This document shows, in pieces, positions 23,503 through 34,542 of a DNA stretch of 64,000 bases; the first letter of the stretch is position 1; each line of letters begins with the position of its first letter. Under the pieces are notes generated by a model. It was not told where the DNA came from, did not search any database, and saw only the letters and a list, made by a program, of their open reading frames with translations. The stretch comes from Paraphysomonas bandaiensis (lineage: Eukaryota; Protista; Chrysophyceae). Both the position numbers and the translations under genes were made by a program. The DNA is taken from assembly GCA_965644295.1 (NCBI GenBank), contig CBFFRP010000281.1, positions 434,001-498,000 of the forward strand, in the 5' to 3' direction.

Positions 23503-24260
23503 TATCCCCATTTCGTCTCAAACAAAGTGTTTTCGTGGCCTGAATTCTGAATTGGCTTCTAGAGTTCAAGAGAAAACCAATGCTAGCACCGGGCTAATAT
23601 AGCATGCAGTAGTGAATGTCATATTAGCGATTTAGGAATTGAATAGTGAAAAAATATATTCAATTAACAATCATAATGCCACATCAAAATTTAACTAACT
23701 AGTGCTTACGCTACGAAAGCAAACGCAGTGAGCAAGCAGAATGTTGATATACCTGACATCTTTGACTTCAGGATGTGAGGGCTGCCCACGAAGATGCAGT
23801 TCTTCAGTTTCATGCCGTTAATCAGGGGGACGCCCTTTAGGGTAGGGGTCCGCGACGTTTAAGGGAGGGTCAAAGTAAGGTAGATGGGAGGATAGTGGAT
23901 AGTGCTAGGTGTAGGTGTAGGCGTAGAATCTGTAGAGTCTCGGGGCTCCGCTGACTACAGTGTAGTAGTTGGATGAGAGCTGGCAGAATTGTCTACGTTG
24001 TGGGGGCGTGTAGAAGAGTATTAGGGGGATTGGTATATACCCAGCATCATTCACTGCTGAGACACCATTCAACTTCAATATTCAGTTTGAACAGAAATTG
24101 TCTTCAGTTTGAATTATGATATTGACAGTTGTTTAAATAATCTGAATTTCGTTGTATGAGTCAACTTTCAAACTTTCGAATTTATAATCTGCTGATTCAA
24201 AGATCATAATGACGTGATCACTTGTGTATAGTATATATATTGAAACAATACTTCATGTGT
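23503..24260 (-). mobile_element. Inverted family C copy interrupted by a 453-bp insertion (23607-24059)
   Basis: TATCCCCATTTCGTCTCAAA...GCACCGGGC, resuming at CATTCAACTTCAATATTC. The insert is bounded by CAGTAGTGAATG / CATTCACTGCTG. Confidence 0.6.
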
Positions 24261-25325
24261 GTGAAAGTCTTATTATAGCAGTATATAATACGTCGCCACA
24301 AGCACCAAGGTGCAACCACTTTTGTTCTTGTGTGAGAGGAGAAGCTCTCTGCGGACTTTAGTCCATGAAATACAGAAGGATCAGTCAGAAGGACTTAGGA
24401 TAGGGCTCCTCGGGACTTTGTAGAGGAGGATTCTGTATCAGTGAGTCAAGAATTTTTAACCTGAGATACATAGACGAGAGGGTATGTTGGGACTCCTGCG
24501 TGTCTTTGAATGGCTTTTTAGCTGCGAGTTGGGCCTGGGTCAGAGGAGTGGTGGCTGACGGAGGCGGGGATTGTGAAAGTGGAAGGCAATCGGAGAGGAG
24601 CGTTAGGTCTCCGCTTTCCGCGTGTAGTACCCGTGGCTTCCGTTGGGTATTGCTGAATTTCGGGCGCGAGCTGGGGGAAAACTGCCGACTCGCGTGTTGC
24701 TTCGTGTGTGTCCACGTCGCTGACGCGGTCTAGGGGGGCGTCGTTGTGGCCCCTTCGGGTTGACGGCACAACGCCCACTACTAATTTGGAGCAGTTGAAG
24801 GAGGGTAACAACTGCTTTTTCAATGGCACGTAATCCACGCGTATTACGGGAGCAATTGTACTACTGTGTTCCTTTAGTGATAGTTCCTGTCCAGAATCGT
24901 TCAACCTGCGGAAGTGAGGTACTCCAGGCTCTTGAGAATGGCGGAACTCCAAGAAGTCGAGGTAATACCAAAACCTGGTAAAGCGATTTCACCAGGTTTC
25001 ATATCTAAGTATTGAGCTATTATTTTACTGTAATTTGTATCTGAGAGGTTAAAGATAAAGAAAAAGTTGCAATTATAGTTGTCATTAGCAATATTTATTG
25101 CGTTACAAGTTGGCCCTGCCACGATTTGTGTTTTGTAATATCATATTCTCATATAAGGTGGGAGGGTTGGATCAATTAGGAGTGACACTCTTTGTGTCCC
25201 TGAAAGGTGAACTCTCGTATCTGAGAGATGGAGGCGTGTGGGAAATCAAGACACGTATGTTTGAAATTTGAGTCAAACCGAAATCCACAGTCAGAGCATC
25301 TGGCTTTGTTCAGGTCAAGTCCAAC

Positions 25326-25419
25326 CGAATATTGAAGTTGAATATCTATATTTCCCCGGTACTGATATGAGCGCTCTGTTGAGCAAAATATAGGCTTATT
25401 TTGAGATAGAATGGGGATA
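25326..25419 (+). mobile_element. Family C right-end fragment
   Basis: CGAATATTGAAGTTGAAT...TTTTGAGATAGAATGGGGATA. Confidence 0.65.
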
Positions 25420-25456
25420 AGAGAATTGTAACATAGTAAAATTTTAGCCTTTATAA

Positions 25457-25719
25457 CAGGGCCTGGTAACCATTAATGGTAATGGCATTAATGGCCATTA
25501 TTCATTCATGGAGGTTGGTGTACCCGATATTTATTGGAGGCTGATATTTCACTTAAAATTAGTAATTTAGGGAGCACAAGAACACTATCTATTATATGAG
25601 TGGTGCTATCTACTTTAAGTTAGTAGGTATTAATGGGCCATTATAATTTCCGGGACATTTTTCATTTTGCCATTATAATTGCCGGGAACTGGACAACCAT
25701 TAATGGTTATCAGTCCCTG
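25457..25719. mobile_element. hAT-type MITE (family B), 263 bp
   Basis: TIR CAGGGCCTGGTAACCATTAATGG / CCATTAATGGTTATCAGTCCCTG (21/23 match); 8-bp TSD CTTTATAA at 25449-25456 and 25720-25727. Confidence 0.92.
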
Positions 25720-25982
25720 CTTTATAATATATAATTGTGTTTTCAATAATATGCTATTCGTCAGTGAGCTGTGTTTTGCGTTTATATGGATGCCACCGTT
25801 GATAAAGAAAAAGAAAGAAAAAGAACAGTTGCCCATGTGATTTTAAGTTACCTCAACAATATGAAATTCAAAATTTGCTGCTATTACTACAGCAATTTGA
25901 CATAAAAACAATTCCCCGTGATAAGTACTACTAGCTTGCCCATTCCTCTACGACCCACTATTTCCAGAGACTACATGGCTTT

Positions 25983-27923
25983 TCAACCCCAGAAGGATCC
26001 CTGTCTTGCCTTAAGAACTCGTGCTGGTAAGGGTTTCTTGTTGGCAAATTTAATGTGGTTGGAAAGAGCTTCAGCCCATACAGCCGCATCTTGTGGTGAT
26101 GTCGCCTCCATAAGCAAATCTTTTTGGGCCCCACTACCATCCGCAGGAGCACCTGGGGTCATGGTAATCAACAGGCGCGTCGCATCACTTGTGAGGTCTT
26201 TATTTTTCAAGGGCATTTCCCCCTTGAGATCTTTCCTGTCCTCATCAACGTAGTAAGAGAGTACCCCTTCACTAACCACAAAAAAGCGTTTTTTCCAGTT
26301 ACGAATTATGTGCCCTTGCTTGGTCATAAATCCTGTATGCTCCGGAGGGACGGCATTTGCTTTATCTCTCGCTGCGGCCATAGCAAGAGCCTGAGCAGAT
26401 GCTACAGGTGGGTTGGATCCGCTTGATTGTCGGGTAATTTCAGCAGCAGCACCACTCTGAGGAAGACTTGACACAGTGTCCTCATTCTCCTCAGCATCTT
26501 CATCAACCGCGTCCGAGTCATCATCGCTATCTTTAGTAGTAACACCAGCTGATGGCGCTGGTTCTTCAGGAGACTGGTCGGCTGAGTCTGTGTTGGGGAC
26601 AGTTATTACACCCTTTTCATCGCTATCCTTCTGTTCAGTAGAGTTGGGATCGGCAGTGGAATCCTCAGGGAGCTCCTGAGTAGTACTTTCTACAGTTTCT
26701 ACCGAAGTGGGGGCAGCAACTTCTGGTTCGACAGTGGACTCTTCAGGGAGCTTCTGAGTTGTGTTCTCCATTGTTTCTACTGAAGTGGGGGCAGCAACTT
26801 CTGGTTCGGCAGTGGCCTCCTCAACAGACTCCTCAGGGAGCTCCTGGGTTGTGGCCTCCATAGTTTCTACTGAAGTGGGGGCAGAAACTTCTGGTTCGAC
26901 AGTGGCCTCCTCAACAGACTCCTCAGGGAGCTCCTGGGTTGTGGCCTCCATAGTTTCTACTGAAGTGGGGTCAGCAACTTCTGGTTCGACAGTGGCCTCC
27001 TCAACAGACTCCTCAGGAAGCTCCTGGGCTCTGTTTTCTACAGTTTCTACTGAAGTGGGGGCAGCAACTTCTGGTTCGGCAGTGGCCTCTTCAACAGACT
27101 CCTCAGGGTGCTCCTGAGTAGTATTTTCTGCAGTTTCTACTGAAGTGGGGGCAGCAACTTCTGGTTCGGCAGTGGCCTCCTCAACAGACTCCTCAGGGAG
27201 CTCCTGGGTTGTGGCCTCCATAGTTTCTACTGAAGTGGGGTCAGCAACTTCTGGTTCGACAGTGGCCTCCTCAACAGACTCCTCAGGAAGCTCCTGGGCT
27301 CCGTTTTCTGCTAATTGGTCGTTACTGTCTTCCTTTGGTTCCACAGAAAATTCCGTGACAGGCTCAGGTACTACCTTATCATCATCCTCTGCAGGTAAAG
27401 CGGATGCTTCGACAACTACCTGTGTCACTTCGGAAATATCCTGGCACACATCCCCTTCGGTGGTAATAACATCAGCAGTCTGTGATTCTTCTATGTTCGC
27501 CTGCTCGGGCTCTGCGACACCCACAGGTTGTTCACTGGAAGGATCCGCAGTGGGCTCCACATCATGTGCGCCTTCTGCGGTGCTATCATCGTGGTTAGTC
27601 TTCTCATTAGCACTCTCATCAGGGATATCTATAGGCTCTCCAACACCACTAGAAGATGCCTCAACTACCATAGAATGATTCATCTTATTCTCATCTCCTG
27701 TATGCTCTGTAGTTGTCTCTGCTACAACAATCTCCTCAATCTTATCATCATCTGACTTCACAACAACATCTTTCACTACTTCAATAGTTTCTTTCATTGT
27801 AGGAACATTCTTATCTTGTATTTGTTCCTTTACAACTGACTGTGTATTAGTTTGGATATCATCCACACTGTTGATGTTATTATTCACAGCATCAGATGCT
27901 GCTTTTGATCCTCCACAACCCAT
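25983..27923 (-). CDS. N-acylated (MGCGGSK) acidic-repeat protein with C-terminal PH domain
   Basis: Intronless 646-aa ORF from MGCGGS; PH signature GFMTKQGHIIRNWKKRFFVV..LSYY..KGEMPL..AAVWAEAL. Confidence 0.85.
   Translation of the reverse strand: MGCGGSKAASDAVNNNINSVDDIQTNTQSVVKEQIQDKNVPTMKETIEVVKDVVVKSDDDKIEEIVVAETTTEHTGDENKMNHSMVVEASSSGVGEPIDIPDESANEKTNHDDSTAEGAHDVEPTADPSSEQPVGVAEPEQANIEESQTADVITTEGDVCQDISEVTQVVVEASALPAEDDDKVVPEPVTEFSVEPKEDSNDQLAENGAQELPEESVEEATVEPEVADPTSVETMEATTQELPEESVEEATAEPEVAAPTSVETAENTTQEHPEESVEEATAEPEVAAPTSVETVENRAQELPEESVEEATVEPEVADPTSVETMEATTQELPEESVEEATVEPEVSAPTSVETMEATTQELPEESVEEATAEPEVAAPTSVETMENTTQKLPEESTVEPEVAAPTSVETVESTTQELPEDSTADPNSTEQKDSDEKGVITVPNTDSADQSPEEPAPSAGVTTKDSDDDSDAVDEDAEENEDTVSSLPQSGAAAEITRQSSGSNPPVASAQALAMAAARDKANAVPPEHTGFMTKQGHIIRNWKKRFFVVSEGVLSYYVDEDRKDLKGEMPLKNKDLTSDATRLLITMTPGAPADGSGAQKDLLMEATSPQDAAVWAEALSNHIKFANKKPLPARVLKARQGSFWG
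26660..27296 (-). repeat. Coding minisatellite, 90 bp / 30 aa (QELPEESVEEATVEPEVADPTSVETMEATT); 6 full units, 1 shortened, 1 partial
   Basis: TCAACAGACTCCTCAGG recurs at 26821, 26911, 27001, 27091, 27181 and 27271. Confidence 0.95.
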
Positions 27924-28399
27924 AATCAACTAGATATAGATATCAATGAAATAATATGAAAATATATTATTAAAGTATTGTATAAGAAGATAATATGAAG
28001 ATGTTGAGATGACTATGAGATGATGTGTATGTATATATACATACAGCCACTTGTATCTAGATCTTCATATACACTGCTGTAGCTATAGACAGACACACAT
28101 CGAGACATGGCCCCCCTCTCCCCCACCTATCGTTTTTGATATAAGACTTCCTCATTCACAGCCACACATATAGAGAAAAATACTATCCAATCATTGTTCT
28201 TTTCGATTCATTTCATACCAAAAGGATACATCCAACATACTAAAAACAGGACTATTCTATTGAAACCGAGGGTTTTAAGAGGATCAGACTTGTATACTCT
28301 TAAAAATAGGTATTTTTCATACTTTAACTACAGGAATTGGTTATTTTTTGGGGGTATGTTGAATTTCAACATCAAGTTCGCACTGTGGTATCTACAATA

Positions 28400-31162
28400 C
28401 CAGTAGAAGCAAGATACTTACGGTTACGTGGACTCTGCAATTCCTCTAGAAGAGGAGGATATGGACCGTATCTCAGGTGAAATCATCTCAATACTGCAAC
28501 ATAATTCTTACTAATAGAAACCAATGCATATCTATTATTGTCATAGCAAGTAACTATACATACATTAGTTATTGTTCCTATGGGATCCAGTTCCTCGCAG
28601 CACATGTGTCTCAAGTACGACCTTTCACTTATATATTTTCTATACTATTATTTACACACTTTGCTACAGGAAGACGTTTCTTAACGTAATGACTTCAGAT
28701 GCTGATTGGCAGACATGTGAGAAGCTTATCAAACATAAGGGTATTCAATACGACGACGAGGAGGACATATCACTCCGCCAGCTTCTATATGTCACATCTG
28801 GAGAGCTCTCCGTATATTATACATGCAACCATAGGGAAGAATGGAACCTTCTTAAAGTGCTAGGAGAGGGCGATATATACTGTTTGTTTGACTCAACTAT
28901 ATTTGAAGTGTCTAAAACGTCTAAGTTGTCTGTCATTTGCACTGCAACTCAAACGAAAAAGCTGCATGCTACTTATATATCAATTAACATTGATGACCTA
29001 CAACGAAGTCTACGGGTTGAATCGCCCATAAAAAGCTTTATTAGTAATAGGTGAACACGTTAATCTCGCACGTGCATGCTTTTGTTCTTATCGACGTAAC
29101 AGGCCAGCTCTTCTAATGCAGTCATCTCCCCTCTTTGCTAATCTTAGACCCATTCAGGTCACAATTAGTGCTACACATATATTCTACAACTATTAGAATG
29201 GTTAAATCCACAAAATTATCTTCGATATATTATATTTATTATTTTTTATTCAAAACTTGAAACTTTTGTCACAGTTGGGAATGATTGAAACTGCAATGGA
29301 CTTTGTTGGAGTAGCTGCTAACACGACTCTTCTGTTTAAAGGACAAAAGTGCTCTTCCGATGGTATTCTGGTTTTGAATGCGTGTAAAATTGATTAGTTT
29401 ACTTTTGCTTAAATACACCATTTTTATCTCTGAGACCGTCTTATGAATACAGGTCGAATGGCAGTATTGCTGTACGGAGAATGTGCATCGCATAGTCGCT
29501 CCCCTCCTACATACCCAATGTCTATACATTCTTTGCATGATGACAATGGGAGCCGCAAACTCAACGAGATGATAAATGAAATTAAGACGCCGTTGAACTT
29601 ATTTCGCAGGTATGTTTTCTTGTGGCTAGTCATAATTTAGAATACCATAAACTTAGTGGGGTACACCTCAGAGTATCATCTCCAAGAATATTTCCGAGTT
29701 CAATTGAAGGGAACTCCAGTGTCCATCCCTTGTATTCTGGTAGCGTTATTGGAGCAGAGCTATGTCTTCAGTCTGATATGTGCGCACTTACCTCTGTCAC
29801 CGTAAGTGTACCAATTTAGTGTTGTGCACCAGTAATATTTATATAATAGACATCAACCGGATGTGTTATTGGAGTTATTGACCGCAGTGCACTCGAAAAT
29901 ATCGACCTCGTCGTTCCTTACACCATTCATCAAATGAGGGCTAACTTAAACTATGCATTTTTGGATGGCATGCGGGAATCAGTACCGCTTTTATGGTGAT
30001 CAATCGACTGTACTGTGTAATGCCTTACATTGATTTAATGAATGTTCTTGTGATTAGGGGTTTATCGAATTTGGAATTGCATGAACTGTCAATGAGCACT
30101 CATGTAGAGTATATAAAGAAGGACACTACATTAATACTGAAAGGACAGGAGTCGAAACGATTCTATATGATAGTGAGCGGTGAAATTGATGTACGTTTAA
30201 CATGCTGCTGTCATCATCATTGATATCAATATGGTATGTAGGTTACAATTGGAGATTCTTACACTAAAGCGCTGACTAAAGGTCAATATTTTGGAGAAAT
30301 TGGACTTACACTTAGCAAAACATCAACTGCATCAATTGTATCCAGACAGAAATCCATTCTTCTATACATGGACAATGAAGACTTCATATTGTGGTTCAAT
30401 CGCAATGAAGAGGCTGTGGCAGAAGCGAATATTCGATTAAATGGGACTAAAGTTGACCCAGTGCATATTGTTCGACACCCACGCGGATATAAAGCATTTT
30501 TATCTTTTCTACAGTCCCAGATTTGCCCAGAATCCTTAATGTTTTGGAAAGCAGTTGACGAGCTTGAAAAGAAATGCCAGTTTCTCGTTGAGCAGAAAAT
30601 CGATAAAAATTTAAAGTTATGTCGAACTTCTTCAAATAATTTGGATACCAATGGCTTTAGCACACGCAACAGCAGAATTCAATACTTGGCTTCAAAATGC
30701 GCATCTACAAATATTGATCCGTCTATGTCTGATTCTGTACTTATCGAAGATATTTCGATTATTACAAGTATGTGTGAGTACATCATGAAATCTCATGTAC
30801 AACCCTTGACTTTACTTCGACTTGAAATTCCGGCGACGATGATGTCGAGCTTACAAAACAGCTATGATGGGTTTCGTGAATTTGTATTCAGTATAACATT
30901 CAAAGCAAAACAAGGCAAGCTTCACACTTGTACTGACTTAAAACTATATGTGATCCTGACTTTTGCTTGATTAGGAAACTCCATTAATTTAATCGACTAC
31001 AAGAATATATTGGAACGAGCATTTATATTATTCGCAGACGCCAAGGATATTGCCTTTACACAAGTAGTGTATGAAAAGTATCCACGATGGACTAAGACAG
31101 ACAGTTTCGTATCATTCATTCAGGCCACGTCTCCGTACACAATGGATTCGACAAAACGTTGA
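28400..31162 (+). CDS. Multi-exon protein with cNMP-binding-like domains and a C-terminal RGS domain; start uncertain
   Basis: LILKGQESKRFYMIVSGEID|V..LTKGQYFGEIGL (CNB); HPRGYKAFLSFLQSQICPESLMFWKAVDEL...LFADAKDIAFTQVVYEKYPRWTKTDSF (RGS); stop TGA at 31160-31162. Confidence 0.75.
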
Positions 31163-31608
31163 AGCCTCTGACGCACTCCTATTTAGTGCTTACGATTTTA
31201 ATATTGAGTACATTATATTATTATTGATTATACGTTATGCATGTTAGTTGTGTAGTTTTTTATACGTATAAAATTCTAAGGTGAAGGAATTTGTTGTCAA
31301 GTGATAGTATTTGTTGTGAAATATTTCTGCTCATGTTTTGTGGTCATAACAATTTAAGAAAATATCTCTTACTACGTAACACTGCTACGTGGTAAATATG
31401 ATCACAATAGTATACTTTTACGGCTACAGATCTGGAACATGCATTCGCTGCGACGCATTGTAATAACGTAATAACATCACGATCACATAAATGGAGGCAA
31501 AGTTTCCAAAAGTCCGTGATGAGAAGTCAAAAAAACTTTTCAAAGTTTACAACCTATATACAACAAGCAGATACAAGACATCGACTATCCATAATTCATT
31601 CACCTAAA

Positions 31609-32751
31609 CTAGATTTCTGCTGCAGACACGTTTACATATCGTTCACTAAAGAACACAGTTTTTTGCATTTCATCGAATACAGCATCACATTCAGATGCTG
31701 TCAAAAATTTCATAAACACAACAGAATGAAATGATATGCTTTTATCCGCTTGGGGTGAAGGATAGTGTATCAGAGGTACTTTAGTGCAGTCTCCTCCGCG
31801 AGTCGAAAGCTCAAAGACCGTTGGGTCACGTTCCGATGGAGATACAAGAACCCAAGCTAACGGAATAGATTCAAATGGTACTGGCCGACTTGAGTCCATG
31901 AACATATAAAGTGCATCTCGAGTCAATATCACGTGTCTCTTTTTCATCACACTGTCCATGTGGTTGAGCGAAACACTGGTCGTAAAATTTAATATGGGGT
32001 TAGCAAGAAGATAACAGGTTGTGTGAGTTACGGATGGCTCAATAAAGGCACCTTTCTGCCGAAGCGCGTTGTATATTTCGGTTAATCGACGTGGTGCAAA
32101 AATACTTGCGTTTTTTCGGGTTAATTTTCGGACTGCACTGAAGAATTCGGGTAAAGATGCGGCTTCCTGGCCACTTAGGATAGCGATATTGAGGGATAAT
32201 ACACACTTCAAAAATCCGTTAATAAGTTCCCAATCTTCAACTGTTTTGTAATCTGCCTCCTCATGGTCAATGAGAGCTTTCGCGAATGCGCCCAAGAAGG
32301 GTTGTAGTTCCTGATGGGATGAATCATTATTATTAATTTCTCTTACGGCTCCTGTGGCACAAAGAAATTCACGGAAACACTCCACAAAATCTTCGCTTTT
32401 GCGTGAAACAATAGACGACGCAACATGGCCTAATACACTTTCCTCTTTTCCAAGAAACAGATAAAGCTGCTGTTTGTTTAGTTCTGATGTGTTGAGGAGC
32501 CAATCAGCGGCTTCAGATGGTGATGATATATGATTAGGAATGATTTGACTACAATTAAATGCCTGAATATGTATCTCCTGATCTGTATGTGGGAGATATT
32601 GCTGTATATCAGGAATATCTCCATACATTGCTGTTAACTTATACGCATTACATCTTAATTGTATGGAGTTTATAAGAGAATCGACTTGAGATTTAAGATC
32701 AGAGTAGAAGATATCCTCATCTACTGATAGTGATGATTGTGTTTCTTGCAT
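31609..32751 (-). CDS. Divergent cytohesin-like Sec7-PH protein, probably catalytically inactive
   Basis: Intronless, 380 aa. SPSEAADWLLNTSELNKQQLYLFLG ~ TPEDIAQFLY..GLNKT.IGDYLG; FVECFREFL ~ LVQALRQFL; RLTEIYNAL; MKKRHVILTRDALYMF..PFESIPL ~ WKRRWFILTDNCLYYF..PRGIIPL. Confidence 0.7.
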   Translation of the reverse strand: MQETQSSLSVDEDIFYSDLKSQVDSLINSIQLRCNAYKLTAMYGDIPDIQQYLPHTDQEIHIQAFNCSQIIPNHISSPSEAADWLLNTSELNKQQLYLFLGKEESVLGHVASSIVSRKSEDFVECFREFLCATGAVREINNNDSSHQELQPFLGAFAKALIDHEEADYKTVEDWELINGFLKCVLSLNIAILSGQEAASLPEFFSAVRKLTRKNASIFAPRRLTEIYNALRQKGAFIEPSVTHTTCYLLANPILNFTTSVSLNHMDSVMKKRHVILTRDALYMFMDSSRPVPFESIPLAWVLVSPSERDPTVFELSTRGGDCTKVPLIHYPSPQADKSISFHSVVFMKFLTASECDAVFDEMQKTVFFSERYVNVSAAEI

Positions 32752-33161
32752 AGTGTATGTAGTGGTTGTATTAATAATTAGAAGTGTTGCAATAGATGCA
32801 TGCTGCTTTATGTTACTGCCTGTGGTGTGTTGTATCTTATGTATATACCTATACTGGTATACGGTATACTATATATGGTACAGTATAAATGGTAGGTATA
32901 CCATATACGGTACGGTATACTATTTACGGTATCGTATATATAGTACATGGTACGTATGCGACTACACACGGACATCGTACTTCGATTTTGACAGCAAATC
33001 ACAGACCCTTATTTCACAGTGTTGTGATTTTATTTGTCAGACAACGTGGAAGGGGGCATACATATCTACGCACTAAACTCTTCATATCTAACATCTATCA
33101 ACTTCACTTCATATCTACATGGTCAGAGCAAGGGAGCGGATCTCATACACACACATACGAT

Positions 33162-34193
33162 ATGGGATCTTGTCAAAGCTCTTCAGTGGACTCGATCAGT
33201 TCTGTCCTTCTAAAAGAAATTGGACTGTCATACTCTGAGCTCAATCTATTGTTTGATGTGTTCTCCGGCTTATCTCCTCCGCACTGTGATAGTGTCGACC
33301 TTCATAATATATTTACACAATTGGGACTACAGGCCGGAAGGTTGGAGCATAGAATATTCAGTCCCCGAAGATTCTGTCAGGTGACCGGTGCGAAGAGTGT
33401 GAATTTCTCTCAGTTTGTGTGTCTGGTTTGGTGTTTTTTATCACTGGAGGCCTGTGAACTGGCACCCTACATATTCATTGTATATGACGACGATAATATC
33501 AATACCTTAACGTCTACAAATATACGGAAGCTACTGGTAGATATCCATGGAGACAATTTAAAAGACGATGCAAATATACATGCTATTTCTGAACTATTGT
33601 TAAGTAACGACAACATAATTACTGCTAGCATGTTTGCTCAATGGTGCCAGGGCCATCCTTCACTATTCTCTCCTGTAAAAACTTTGCAGGCTACTCTTCG
33701 CCGTCGGATCTGTGGTGAGGCCTTTTGGAGCACGATCTGCGATCGTCGCAGCAGAAGGAATGGTCAGAACGAGGCATCCTATGTACGGGTGCTCAGCTCA
33801 AAATATAAAGATATAATATTTAAACAAGAACTATCCTCCAGATTGGCTGCAATAAAGAAAGAGCTAACAGATATGAAGACTACAAACTATTCTTCTAGAG
33901 GACTATTCAGAACTTTGAGCAGTGGTGTATTTAGCCTTATTGATCGCAATCCAAGCATCTCTTCGGAGCCAATTCATGCTCCCAGCCCAAGACAATACGA
34001 TAATCCACTGGTCGATGTTCTTAGAGAATACGAGATAGAGAACTACCCCCCATTACGAATAAAATGCAAACCCCTGAGTGCACCTTATACGCCATCTCAA
34101 TGTAGCTCAGTAAGTCCAACTTCGTACACCACAGCCTCTACTCCTACTATCGTCTCTATGCATTCTACCGAAAGTCAATTGTTTTCAGCTTAA
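33162..34193 (+). CDS. Degenerate EF-hand protein, MGSC start (paralog C; near-identical inverted copy of paralog A)
   Basis: About 20 amino-acid differences from the 19950-20975 gene over about 341 aa. Confidence 0.78.
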   Translation: MGSCQSSSVDSISSVLLKEIGLSYSELNLLFDVFSGLSPPHCDSVDLHNIFTQLGLQAGRLEHRIFSPRRFCQVTGAKSVNFSQFVCLVWCFLSLEACELAPYIFIVYDDDNINTLTSTNIRKLLVDIHGDNLKDDANIHAISELLLSNDNIITASMFAQWCQGHPSLFSPVKTLQATLRRRICGEAFWSTICDRRSRRNGQNEASYVRVLSSKYKDIIFKQELSSRLAAIKKELTDMKTTNYSSRGLFRTLSSGVFSLIDRNPSISSEPIHAPSPRQYDNPLVDVLREYEIENYPPLRIKCKPLSAPYTPSQCSSVSPTSYTTASTPTIVSMHSTESQLFSA

Positions 34194-34542
34194 GCGACAA
34201 CATGAGCAGAAGTGATCTCCTGAAATGTTTGGGATATTGTTGATGATTGCCAATATTTCATCAATTTATGTTTGTTCGATTCACACCATTGTTTTTGTAT
34301 TGTAGAATCAGTCGTTTTATCGTTATGATACGATATATCGTTTTATATATTCCTCGTTTTATTTGTTTTCTCTTTGGTATTAGATGTCATGTTTTGTAAA
34401 ACGATAATAAACTATACGATTTTATCTTGCTTCTAAAATGGCAGCGACTCAAGCTTTTGATTTGTAACCGTTATTTTAAGAATAGAGTAGTAGTTAAAAG
34501 TATTACATTCTTAAACATTAACAGTTACTAATGGTGTGAGAT

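Noticed and set aside
26660-27296. Regularly spaced repeats as a CRISPR array
   Set aside because: Contiguous 90-bp coding repeats with no unique spacers, in a eukaryotic gene with no cas genes nearby.
32889-33161. N-terminal extensions of the EF-hand ORFs in the ORF track (also 20976-21074)
   Set aside because: Not shared between paralogs as protein; the shared MGxC start is the more plausible initiator.
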